Shown in pieces: positions 26,525-37,995 of a stretch of 43,933 nt of DNA. Within the stretch, counting starts at the first letter, position 1, and each line of letters starts with the position of its first letter. The notes beneath the pieces are model-generated. The model saw only the letters and a list, made by a program, of their open reading frames with translations. It did not search any database and had not been told where the DNA came from. The position numbers were made by a program, and so were the translations under genes. The stretch comes from Octopus bimaculoides (taxonomy: Eukaryota), in the NCBI RefSeq assembly GCF_001194135.2, contig NC_068982.1, positions 154,706,362 to 154,750,294 on the forward strand. The letters are read 5' to 3'.

Positions 26525-26951
26525 TAGGTTATGAGAGGTAATGGTGTCAAGAAGACCCATAGGTGTGAGGTAATACTGGGTAAATGCTATGGACAGACCA
26601 TAGTTAAGCTCCAGATTCGGTGATTATACGAATAAGTAGTCCAATGTAGGTCATATATCAGCATGTGTATATATATAAAGAAAATAACAGAAAGAGATTA
26701 AAAAAATCCAAGGCTGTGAAAGATTTCAGAACATTTATGAATAGGTCTTACAGCTGTTTCCGGGATATTTTATCTCTTCATCGGAGACAATGTGAGAAAA
26801 TGGTTAAGCAATAGTTATTCTAGATAAGATATGAAATAGAAAGTGAAGTGGAGGAATGAAAATAGATGTGAGATATGAAGGGATATTGTATCTTCAGTTC
26901 CATTATTTAGGCAGAATGGTATACATATAAGATTCCTGTACCTTGTGATTA
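26525..26951 (-). mobile_element. Non-coding repeat family carrying a hammerhead motif (Penelope-terminal-repeat / retrozyme-like), copy 1
   Basis: Reverse complement aligns to 42158-42493, with about 12 mismatches in the 91 nt counted near the 3' end. Confidence 0.75.
26745..26788 (-). ncRNA. Minimal type I hammerhead ribozyme motif, helix II partly decayed
   Basis: Minus strand: GTCT CCGATGA AGAGATAAAATATCCCG GAAA CAGCTG TA AGAC. Confidence 0.55.
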
Positions 26952-26999
26952 AGTTCCAATAGTATTTAATAGTATTAAATACTATAGGAATTTCGATTC

Positions 27000-27235
27000 T
27001 CAGACTGGTTATGCGTTGTTTTCTTGAGCAAAAGACTTCCTTTCACGTTGCACCAGTCCACTACGCTATAAATAGGTAACTCTGCGATGGTGTCTAACTT
27101 TCCTGGGCAAGAGGAATATTGGTTTGCTAGCCTAACAAGCGGAGTAGCATCATTCGAGAGCTAAAACGACGCGGTTTGCATGGTGACCAGTAATGTATAA
27201 CAACATCCGGTAGTCTGGTCGATACATTCAGACGT
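27000..27235 (+). mobile_element. Additional decayed SINE family (CORE/V-type central region)
   Basis: GTTTTCTTGAGCAAAAGACTT..TTCACGTTGCACCAGTCCACT..AAATAGGTA resembles recalled SINE central domains; ends at (TG)n. Confidence 0.45.
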
Positions 27236-27257
27236 GTGTGTGTGTGAGGGGGTTATC

Positions 27258-27298
<41 letters not shown>

Positions 27299-27502
27299 GT
27301 GTGCGTGCGTATATGTGTGTGTATGTTTGTATATAGGTAGGTAGATTGTGATATTCAGTCCTCATTCACCATGGGAGTACCCCATCCGTGGCACAATCGG
27401 TCAGCGTAAGTACGTACATCAACAATTTGCACATATAAGTGGACAACGAATGCTAAGATTCCTTCATCAAGCAGTCGAAATAATCTATGGAAAAGAGCTG
27501 AG

Positions 27503-27578
<76 letters not shown>

Positions 27579-28445
27579 NNNNNNNNNNNNNNNNNNNNNN
27601 NNNNNNNNNNNNNNNNNNNNNNNNNNNNNNNNNNNNNNNNNNNNNNNNNNNNNNNNNNNNNNNNNNNNNNNNNNNNNNNNNNNNNNNNNNNNNNNNNNNN
27701 NNNNNNNNNNNNNNNNNNNNNNNNNNNNNNNNNNNNNNNNNNNNNNNNNNNNNNNNNNNNNNNNNNNNNNNNNNNNNNNNNNNNNNNNNNNNNNNNNNNN
27801 NNNNNNNNNNNNNNNNNNNNNNNNNNNNNNNNNNNNNNNNNNNNNNNNNNNNNNNNNNNNNNNNNNNNNNNNNNNNNNNNNNNNNNNNNNNNNNNNNNNN
27901 NNNNNNNNNNNNNNNNNNNNNNNNNNNNNNNNNNNNNNNNNNNNNNNNNNNNNNNNNNNNNNNNNNNNNNNNNNNNNNNNNNNNNNNNNNNNNNNNNNNN
28001 NNNNNNNNNNNNNNNNNNNNNNNNNNNNNNNNNNNNNNNNNNNNNNNNNNNNNNNNNNNNNNNNNNNNNNNNNNNNNNNNNNNNNNNNNNNNNNNNNNNN
28101 NNNNNNNNNNNNNNNNNNNNNNNNNNNNNNNNNNNNNNNNNNNNNNNNNNNNNNNNNNNNNNNNNNNNNNNNNNNNNNNNNNNNNNNNNNNNNNNNNNNN
28201 NNNNNNNNNNNNNNNNNNNNNNNNNNNNNNNNNNNNNNNNNNNNNNNNNNNNNNNNNNNNNNNNNNNNNNNNNNNNNNNNNNNNNNNNNNNNNNNNNNNN
28301 NNNNNNNNNNNNNNNNNNNNNNNNNNNNNNNNNNNNNNNNNNNNNNNNNNNNNNNNNNNNNNNNNNNNNNNNNNNNNNNNNNNNNNNNNNNNNNNNNNNN
28401 NNNNNNNNNNNNNNNNNNNNNNNNNNNNNNTTGAAGCATCCGGTA

Positions 28446-28494
<49 letters not shown>

Positions 28495-28519
28495 CAGGCA
28501 GACAGACAGACAGACAGAC

Positions 28520-28579
<60 letters not shown>

Positions 28580-29107
28580 GGATATTTGTATATTTATTCA
28601 CCTACATTCCAAGTATTTAATCTCCTTTTTTATTCAAATTTTTGCTGTTTAGAATCTTTAGTGATATTTTTCTTCATAAGCCCTAATGAATCATCTCTAG
28701 AATAACCTGTTAAAACGTTTATGCTGTCATCAAAAATACAGTGTTTCATAGTTATAAAATAATTGGAACTAACCTTCATAGGGTCCCCACATGTCCCCTA
28801 TTAAGGCTGCTCATTGTCTACTCAAGCACAAGTTACAATTTGGCTCCTCGCTTTAAATGTGGTACCAAAAAGTAAACTTCTCAATTTGAAATGATTGGTT
28901 GCCAATGCACCCTGCTAGTATGTTTAACTGCTTTAAACTGAAAGCAGTTCGGGTTCACTGATTTAGAAAACAAGTTTAGTATTTTGACTCGTCAAGTTTA
29001 ACATTTTAAGTTGAGTAACAGCTGTTTGCACTGTTAATCAGCCATGACTGTTAGTGAAAAAAAAAATATGATGCCTCATTAAAAGAATGACTGAACCAGG
29101 TAGATAT

Positions 29108-29144
<37 letters not shown>

Positions 29145-29147
29145 ATT

Positions 29148-29187
<40 letters not shown>

Positions 29188-29291
29188 TTCTCGTTCTCTT
29201 TCTTTCTCCTCCTGTGTATTTCGTGCTCTTTATTTGCCTTCGAGTGTATTTCTCTTTCTGTTTATCACATACTCATAACAATTTGTGTGTA

Positions 29292-29339
<48 letters not shown>

Positions 29340-29923
29340 AATATGTACATCTATTAATGCATGTGTGAATGAACAACATATATATATATATACACACACA
29401 CACACGTGTGTGTACGTGTGCATGTAAATACGTATGCGTGTATATATCAATTATGTATTTGTAGTTGCATGGGTCGTAAGCTATATCGTACTTGTGGGTA
29501 TTAATTATGAAACACCTGCAAAATGTTTGATATTTCTGTTTACAGAATATTAAAATATTCGCGTTTGTGGAAATTTAGCCATTCGTTATTATATTCAAAC
29601 TTTCACAAATAGAATAATTCATAGTCAAAATTTAGTAGTTTTATCTCCAGTAGTGTGTTAGCAATTTTTACCTATAATGTGGGTTCATGCATGTCCCAGA
29701 ATGCCGCAGATGCATACACACACACACACATACACATACACACATACTTTAAACAAAACTTCCGGGATTTTTTCTAAATTGGTCTCCCCTAAATTTTTAA
29801 TAATATGCAAATATGGTGACCGCAAGCAAAAATATGTCTTCAAAGGTCTTAGAAAAAAATTTCGAATAATTTAGTATTTTTATTGCAGAAAAATGAATGG
29901 TTAAATACTGTGAATGTTTAAAT

Positions 29924-30542
29924 ATTGGTTTCAAATTTTGTTACAAGGCTCACAGTTACGAGGGCAAGGGTAAGTCGATTACATCGACCCAACTTTTCAG
30001 CTAGTACTTATTTTATCGACCCCGAAAGGATGAAAGGCAATGTCGACCTTGGCGGAATTTAAACTCAGTTGTTGTTGTTGTTGTTGGTACTCCGTCGCTT
30101 ACGACGTCGAGGGTTCCAGTTGATCCGATCAACGGAACAGCCTGCTCGTGAAATTAACGTGCAAGTGGCTGAGCACTCCACAGACACGTGTACCCTTAAT
30201 GTAGTTCTCGGGGATATTCAGCGTGACACAGTGTGACAAGGCTGGTCCTTTGAATTACAGGCACATCAGAAACAGGAAGTAAGAGTGAGAGAAAGTTGTG
30301 GTGAAAGAGTACAGCAGGGTTCACCACCATCCCCTGCCGGAGCCTCGTGGAGCTTTTAGGTGTTTTCACTCAATAAACACTCACAACGCCCGGTCTGGGA
30401 ATCGAAACCGCGATCCTATGACCACGAGTCCGCTGCCCTAACCACTGGGCCATTGCTCCTCCACACTCAGAACGTAAAGAGGGAGGAAATACCGTTAAAC
30501 ATTTCGCCCGATGTGCTTAACGATTCTGTCAGTTCGCCGCCT
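29924..30542 (-). mobile_element. SINE family A split in two (29924-30068 and 30465-30542) by a younger SINE
   Basis: Joining the halves restores GGAATTT.AACTCAGAACGTAAAGA..AAATACCG; ACTCAG is duplicated at 30063-30068 and 30465-30470. Confidence 0.9.
30069..30464 (-). mobile_element. Intact tRNA-derived SINE family C with (CAA)n tail
   Basis: Minus head GGAGGAGCAATGGCCCAGTGGTTAGGGCAGCGGACTCGTGG..GGTTTCGATTCCCAGACC (A and B boxes), ~396 bp body, ends GGAGTACCAACAACAACAACAAC, 6-bp TSD. Confidence 0.9.
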
Positions 30543-30664
30543 GAATGTTTAAATATTACAATGGTGTTATCAATACTTTGTTTTCCAAAGAAAAGTTATC
30601 GTAGTTGGAGGAGAAAGGGGAAGGTTTACAGTATGTAGCGGGGCCGATGGACTTGATGTGAAGC

Positions 30665-31110
30665 CTGAACACCAGTATGATGATGATGATGATGATGCTT
30701 AAATAAAGAGCAGGGTGGACAGGGAAAGAATTCCAGGTGGCTGCATCTGGACAAGAATGACTGAATAAACAAAATGATTAGAGGAGATTTAATGACTGAG
30801 CAAAGTGATTATAAGAGGTGATAAGAAGAGATGCAGGTGTATCAGTGAACTGGATGCTGGTCGTTCGTGATTTCCTAGTTTAAAGTTGTGGTAGAAGAAA
30901 CGGGAGAAAAAACATTTGTAATAATGTTGGTGAGTGAGAATTTGTCACTCAGCACCAAATCTGTCACCAGCACCAATTAGTAGGAAATATCTCCTCAGCA
31001 TCAGATCTTCATGGCGTTTGTAAGCATTTTCCCGTTTGATCTTTTAAACAAGCTGATTGTAGGATATGCCCTGATTCCACCGGAGTAAATAACCGTTTAG
31101 AAGAAATTGG
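30665..31110 (-). mobile_element. CR1/L2-group LINE 3' fragment, decayed, with (CAT)n tail
   Basis: Minus frames contain LIG.., FFYHNF.. and ATWNSFPVH (cf. LFY.YY.G and RLWNSLP), followed by (CAT)7. Confidence 0.5.
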
Positions 31111-31832
31111 AGTATTTCTCTTTGTATAGTTCAAGAAATTACTGTCAACAACTTTTATTTGTGTTTTGCTCATAATTTGTTACAATTGTAATTTCCTACA
31201 AAGTTTGGTCATATTCAGATTGTTTGAGGGAAAAGTATACAACTGGATAAATTTCTTCTTCGGAAGGAAGCAAGTATTGTTATTTTGCCTTTTTTCCTGT
31301 TTTTTTTTTTTTTTTTTTNNNNNNNNNNNNNNNNNNNNNNNNNNNNNNNNNNNNNNNNNNNNNNNNNNNNNNNNNNNNNNNNNNNNNNNNNNNNNNNNNN
31401 NNNNNNNNNNNNNNNNNNNNNNNNNNNNNNNNNNNNNNNNNNNNNNNNNNNNNNNNNNNNNNNNNNNNNNNNNNNNNNNNNNNNNNNNNNNNNNNNNNNN
31501 NNNNNNNNNNNNNNNNNNNNNNNNNNNNNNNNNNNNNNNNNNNNNNNNNNNNNNNNNNNNNNNNNNNNNNNNNNNNNNNNNNNNNNNNNNNNNNNNNNNN
31601 NNNNNNNNNNNNNNNNNNNNNNNNNNNNNNNNNNNNNNNNNNNNNNNNNNNNNNNNNNNNNNNNNNNNNNNNNNNNNNNNNNNNNNNNNNNNNNNNNNNN
31701 NNNNNNNNNNNNNNNNNNNNNNNNNNNNNNNNNNNNNNNNNNNNNNNNNNNNNNNNNNNNNNNNNNNNNNNNNNNNNNNNNNNNNNNNNNNNNNNNNNNN
31801 NNNNNNNNNNNNNNNNNNNNNNNNNNNNNNNN

Positions 31833-31930
<98 letters not shown>

Positions 31931-31965
31931 AAGAAGAAGAAGAAGAAGAAGAAGAAGAAGAAGAA
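31833..31965. repeat. (AAT)n-(AAG)n compound microsatellite
   Basis: Directly visible. Confidence 0.95.
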
Positions 31966-32266
31966 ACAACTGATGCAACGGGTAGTTTTTGCCGAATGTA
32001 GTGATTCTAACAACTCTTGAGTTGGGTATAGAGTTATATTTCTCTCTGTGATCATTTCCCAAGCTTTCTTAAAGAGAACAGGTTTATTAATTAAAAGTTG
32101 TCCTAAACATCTCCACATCCGCTTCTTTCCACCTGCTTACTCATCAGTCACTACACTGTTGCATTGTCCTGGAAACATTAGTTGAGACAGCTTGTCTAAA
32201 ATTTGTGTATAATGCAAGGGCAAAATGTGGAGCTTTAGTTTCCTGCTAAATATGTGTGTGCACGCG

Positions 32267-32336
<70 letters not shown>

Positions 32337-32530
32337 ATGACAAGCCAGTTACTCCTTGACAATTTCCACAATTCTTTTTATAGATTTGTGAATGAATAGC
32401 GTCCTGTAAAATATCAGAATCTTGTAAACAGTACACAACCAGTTGAATTCCTTTCTATATTTTCTTTTTCTCCCTACCCAACGCAACTTTACTGAAATAT
32501 TTTCGTTGTTATAGTGTATGATTTACTATT

Positions 32531-33293
32531 GGTTGAATTTATTTTTCATTTTTTAGGGGTCTATAAAATAAGTACCAGTTAAGCACTGGGTGGATGTAAT
32601 CAACATTACCCCTCCCTCAAAGTTTCAGGCCATGCGCCTACAGTTGAAAGTCTATTACCACGTAATTTGGCGGTGAACTCGCAGAATCGTTAGCACGCCG
32701 GACAAAATACTTAGAGGTATTTTATCCGTCTTTACATTTTGCGTTCAAATTCCGCGGAGGTCGAGTTTGCTTTTCATCCGTTCGAGGTCGATGAAATAAC
32801 TATCAGTCAAGTATTGAGGTCGATGTAATCGATTAGCCCTTACCCCCAAATTTCAGGCCTTTTGCTCACAGTAGAAAGAATATAACAACGTAAATTTTTC
32901 GTCCGTCCCTAAATTTCTGAATTCATATCCCGTCCAGGTTAATTTTACGTTTCATCCTTTCGGGGTCGATCAAATAAGAACCAACTGGACTCTGGGGTTG
33001 ATGTAATCGACTAGACCCCTTCCCCCCATAATTTCAGGCCTTGTGCCTATTATAGGAAGGATATTACTATTTAATTAGGCGGCGAGCTGGCAGAATCGTT
33101 AGCACATCAGGCAACACGATTAGTAGCATTTTGTCTACCTTTATATAATGCATTGAAATTCCGCTTAGGTTGACTTTGCCTTTCATCATTTCGGAGTCGA
33201 TAAAATAACTACCAGTCCAGCACTGGGATCGATGTAATCGACTGGCAGCTTCCCCAAAACTTTCAGGCCTTGTACCTACAGGGGAAAGGCGAC
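32531..33293 (+). mobile_element. Head-to-tail cluster of four SINE family A copies
   Basis: Copies at ~32531-32652, 32669-32880, 32900-33061 and 33077-33293, each with the TTTCATCC..GTCGAT.AAATAA.TACCAG core. Confidence 0.9.
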
Positions 33294-34109
33294 TATTACT
33301 ACGTTATTTCTTTTTGATTATATTCACCCCTGAAGCATTACGGTTGAATCTTTCTTTCCATTCTAACTCTTAGAACAAATCTTCCTAAGAACGGGTTTTT
33401 ATCATGATGTTATTTATTTTCTTCCTCCCATACAATGTAAAATTGTGGCTAATGATAGTTTGTTAGCGTAAAGCAGTTTCGAACTCAGGCTTTTGAATTC
33501 ATATTTTATAATTATTAATTTCTTAATGTAGAATCTCCGGAAATTTTCGTCAGCCTTCATATGTACTTGGTGTGAGTGAACTTATTATTCTTCTTGCACC
33601 TTATGATGGTGTCTATAATTGATTCTGCGGTGCAGAATATTGGTATTTTTTCTCTAATATTGTTAACCACCTGGGTGGCTTACATTGGATAAATTTTTTA
33701 CCAGATGTCTAGGTATCGCTTAGATACTACTTCAGACAAAGAGAGACAGACTTGCAATTATTGGCAACAACGTTTATTACATCTTCTCATATTGTCTCAA
33801 GGTATATCACTAATAAAGTTTAACGTGTCTGTTATACTCATTCAAAAGATACTTAAGAAAAATAGGAAAACACTCCTCAACTTGCTATTGTAGAACGTAC
33901 TTAAGCAATATATACGCGCGCGTATGTGCGTTCGGCAGATATTTCTGCCAGATCAGTTATATAGGGATGTATGTATGTAGTGATGATGGTAGCAATAAAT
34001 TTAGTTATCTCTGGATATTTTTTCACTCTTTCCTTTCGCATGTTTTTTTAGTACTATTTTTTTTAAAATCAACTAATATTACAAAAGTTGGAAAACTATT
34101 ATCATTTGT

Positions 34110-34530
34110 GAAAGCATTTTTCTGACTAAGAAAGTGGTCGGCTTTCAAAGCTATTTACATGCGAATTAATTTACATCAGCTGGCAGCTGATATCTACATG
34201 TGTGCATGATTTTTGCTCCCTATTTAGCTTATTGAGTTTATACTGGAATGATGTTTTTATTGGAATGCTTCACCAATAGTCTTTATTTTTAAAGGTGTAG
34301 AAAAATTCTGGTATGTCCTGATGTGCCCTTGGCATGCCAATCCTTCCTGCGTCTAGCATTGTATAGTAAGAATCAATGTCATGTTCCATCAGATGTTAAC
34401 ATTTGCATATATTTTTGAACAGATGATGGTGTTTGTGTGTTCTACACTTTGGTGACATCTTCTCAACTGATGTAGCACATTCAACTTTTCTAACACAACG
34501 TGGAAGTTTAGAAGCATTTTTATCTCTCTC
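34110..34530 (-). mobile_element. Older R4/Dong C-terminal fragment
   Basis: Minus: VEHT..II.CSK..HDI..KDYW*SIPIKTSFQYKLNK..VDISC-ADVN, colinear with KEYWWNVPVKTSIKCKHNRPD..EISCPADVN of the adjacent copy. Confidence 0.6.
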
Positions 34531-34769
34531 GTTGATCATATATATTTACTTATTATCTCCCATTCCTGAAAAGCAAGAGTTTAGTCTTCTAAGCTAAGAT
34601 GTGTCTATCACAGGTTCTGGAGACCCAACTACTTCTGTCAATGTTGTTAACACTCTCGAGTTTGGAGAGTATGTATTATGCATGCATGTATACGTATACA
34701 TACACATATGTATGTATATGAATGTATGTTTGCATGTATGTATGTGTTTCCATGTATGTATGTATGTCA

Positions 34770-34887
34770 TTATTCAGTTTATTTCAGATTTCTTGCCAAT
34801 AGAGAAACAACCGGTTTCTAACCTAGATCCAATGCTCCTTCATTGAAATTTCAACATCAACAACAGGGTATTTTTGTATGTATGTAC

Positions 34888-34918
<31 letters not shown>

Positions 34919-36531
34919 TGTATGTATGCATGTATGTATGTATGTGCAGACTGGTATGTTTTATGTATGTATTCTCGTGCATATGGTTGCATATCTAGAC
35001 ATACTCATATATATTTAAATGATAAACTTCTGGAAAGTTTTACAGATTTTTACAGTTCCAGCGATGGACTGGATCTGCAGTCTTCGAATTAGCTTTCTCC
35101 TTTCTGCTTTTGAGAAGCCTAATTTCTCAAGATTGGTATTTAGGCAGTGTGTTACATATCTCAGGACCCCAATATTTACAGATATAAACCTGAACTTGTA
35201 ATCTGGATAGAGTAACTGAAGATTTCTCAATAGTTCAACGTAGGTATTATCTTTTTCACTGGTCTTCAGCTTTATGTTAACATCCGCTGGGCAGCTAATT
35301 TCCACAACTGTGTACAGTTTCTCTTCTCAATCCCAAATCATTATATCAGGCCTGTTATGCTTACATTTTATTGAGGTCTTCACTGGTACATTCCACCAGT
35401 ATTCCTTTTTATTATGAGTGACTATGGCTTCTACCATATTGTGGATTCTTATTTCTTTGTCCTCGGGATTATCCTTCCCACAGATTTCATTATAGAATGT
35501 CCTAGCTACAACGTCATGTGTCATCGGTAGATAACACCCTGATGACATTTTCGGACAACTGCTCGTGATGTGGGTGATATATTCAGTGAACTCTACAAAG
35601 TCTGCATCGGTTATCACACTTTACGGCTTTACCTGCATCTCTATCCATTTTGTGCATCAGGTTCTTGGTTGATATTTCCTGTTCCTGGATTGCAAACGCA
35701 TACTCTTCAAAGTGGGAGATAGTAATCCGGTTATTCGTCCATGATAAACTGCTTTGATGATCGAAGGAAGAGGTTTAAACATGTATATATTTTATACATT
35801 AAGTTCTGGCATGCAATTAGCCGGTATTTTTTGCCATATAGGTGGTTCTGTATTTGGTGATCAATTTTGTCTCTGCCAGAGCTAACCAGTGTAGTATCCT
35901 ACTGTTCCCAATAAAAGCTTGCGGTTGTGCTTGCTATTTACCATAGTCGTAGTAGGAGGACAGTGGTCAGTTACTTGAGCCAGTAATGCACTTTGGCTGG
36001 CAGGCACTATAGAATCTGTTGGAATGTCACTAGCTGCGAAATCACGTGGTGGTCTTATATCATTCACGATTTCGTTTTTGATTATAGATTTGGGAAGAAG
36101 GTTAATTTTGGATTTCTTAATAAAGTTACAGTTACTAACCGTCTTTCTATGTACTGCTTCGCAGTAAAGTGATTGAATTCTGGATGCAGATCGTTTCAAT
36201 ATTTCAATCATTTCCTATAGCCAACAGCTAGAAAGAATTCGTAGCAGCTAGAAAGAATTTGTTTACCTGCTGAGCTGTTGTTTTCGTTCTGTTCTTCGAT
36301 TGTGTTGTTAATGTTGTGTTCAGTTATGTTGCATGTAGTAACTCTCTGCATGCGAAACTCAAGTGTCAGTTGAAATTCACTACGATCGTGAATAAAAGGC
36401 TCCCTCAGTTAATTAATCTGAAGATTAACCAGCTATTTAACAAGGCTGATAGTTATGGCTTCAAACTTGGATATAGTATTCATCGTACTTTCGATAGTCA
36501 CCCACGCCAAATACGCGACTTGTCGCTTCGA
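34770..36531 (-). mobile_element. R4/Dong-clade element, apparently internally deleted (5' region + N-terminal ORF joined to CCHC-RLE; no RT)
   Basis: DHQSSLSW..EEYAFAIQEQEISTK..CDNRCRLCRVH-EYITHITSSCPKMSS..HDVVA..WWNVPV..HNRPDIMIWD..EISCPADVNI..EKDNTY..TVKICKTFQKFII*. Only ~120 bp separate this from the 35882-36211 ORF. (TATG)n lies on both sides. Confidence 0.85.
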
Positions 36532-36556
36532 ATGTATGTATGTATGTATGTATGTA

Positions 36557-36599
<43 letters not shown>

Positions 36600-37951
36600 N
36601 NNNNNNNNNNNNNNNNNNNNNNNNNNNNNNNNNNNNNNNNNNNNNNNNNNNNNNNNNNNNNNNNNNNNNNNNNNNNNNNNNNNNNNNNNNNNNNNNNNNN
36701 NNNNNNNNNNNNNNNNNNNNNNNNNNNNNNNNNNNNNNNNNNNNNNNNNNNNNNNNNNNNNNNNNNNNNNNNNNNNNNNNNNNNNNNNNNNNNNNNNNNN
36801 NNNNNNNNNNNNNNNNNNNNNNNNNNNNNNNNNNNNNNNNNNNNNNNNNNNNNNNNNNNNNNNNNNNNNNNNNNNNNNNNNNNNNNNNNNNNNNNNNNNN
36901 NNNNNNNNNNNNNNNNNNNNNNNNNNNNNNNNNNNNNNNNNNNNNNNNNNNNNNNNNNNNNNNNNNNNNNNNNNNNNNNNNNNNNNNNNNNNNNNNNNNN
37001 NNNNNNNNNNNNNNNNNNNNNNNNNNNNNNNNNNNNNNNNNNNNNNNNNNNNNNNNNNNNNNNNNNNNNNNNNNNNNNNNNNNNNNNNNNNNNNNNNNNN
37101 NNNNNNNNNNNNNNNNNNNNNNNNNNNNNNNNNNNNNNNNNNNNNNNNNNNNNNNNNNNNNNNNNNNNNNNNNNNNNNNNNNNNNNNNNNNNNNNNNNNN
37201 NNNNNNNNNNNNNNNNNNNNNNNNNNNNNNNNNNNNNNNNNNNNNNNNNNNNNNNNNNNNNNNNNNNNNNNNNNNNNNNNNNNNNNNNNNNNNNNNNNNN
37301 NNNNNNNNNNNNNNNNNNNNNNNNNNNNNNNNNNNNNNNNNNNNNNNNNNNNNNNNNNNNNNNNNNNNNNNNNNNNNNNNNNNNNNNNNNNNNNNNNNNN
37401 NNNNNNNNNNNNNNNNNNNNNNNNNNNNNNNNNNNNNNNNNNNNNNNNNNNNNNNNNNNNNNNNNNNNNNNNNNNNNNNNNNNNNNNNNNNNNNNNNNNN
37501 NNNNNNNNNNNNNNNNNNNNNNNATATATATATATATATATACCAGAGTAATTCGAACAGTTGGATACTTGTCGTCAAAGCCGACGAAGACCTATTTACT
37601 TCACTTCTGCTATCTCGTGGCAGTTTTTCCTACGAATGTCATTGTATATTATTTTAGCAATACTATCATGCTGCACTGAAAGATAATATCTTAATAACAT
37701 ATCTTGAAGGTATATGTAAGTATATATGTATATGCATATATATCAATGCATTTTTAAAGTCTATTTTGTCAGGCCACCTGTTATTTTGAAAGGTTCTTAA
37801 GAAAGGATATTAAGTCAGAGTAAAACGGATGTCTTGTCCTTTCCGTCATTCTTTACTCAGCCATTCGCTATTCGAATTTCAAGGCTTTGTGCATTCCTAT
37901 TATCCTACGTGTGCGCGCGCGCGTGTGTGTGTGTGTGTGTTCATCATTTTC

Positions 37952-37995
37952 GTCGCCTGAAGCATCGTGAGTACGACAAACTTCTGAGTAGCGAC
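37952..37995 (+). ncRNA. Degenerate minimal type I hammerhead-like motif
   Basis: GTCGC CTGAAGC A TCGT GAGT ACGA C AAA CTTCTGAG TA GCGAC: perfect 5-bp helix I and 4-bp helix II; two core deviations (A9>C, G12 missing or C). Confidence 0.35.

Noticed and set aside
32531-33309. Repeat-spacer periodicity resembling a CRISPR array
   Set aside because: The units are ~200-bp SINE copies in a eukaryotic context with no cas genes.
34614-34668. 55-nt candidate exon (CACAG|..|GTATGT)
   Set aside because: The donor is simply the start of a (TATG)n microsatellite, so the signal is likely incidental.
36440-36531. Small hairpins at the R4 element 5' end (possible HDV or hammerhead ribozyme)
   Set aside because: I could not build a complete HDV pseudoknot or hammerhead core by eye; it needs an Infernal search.
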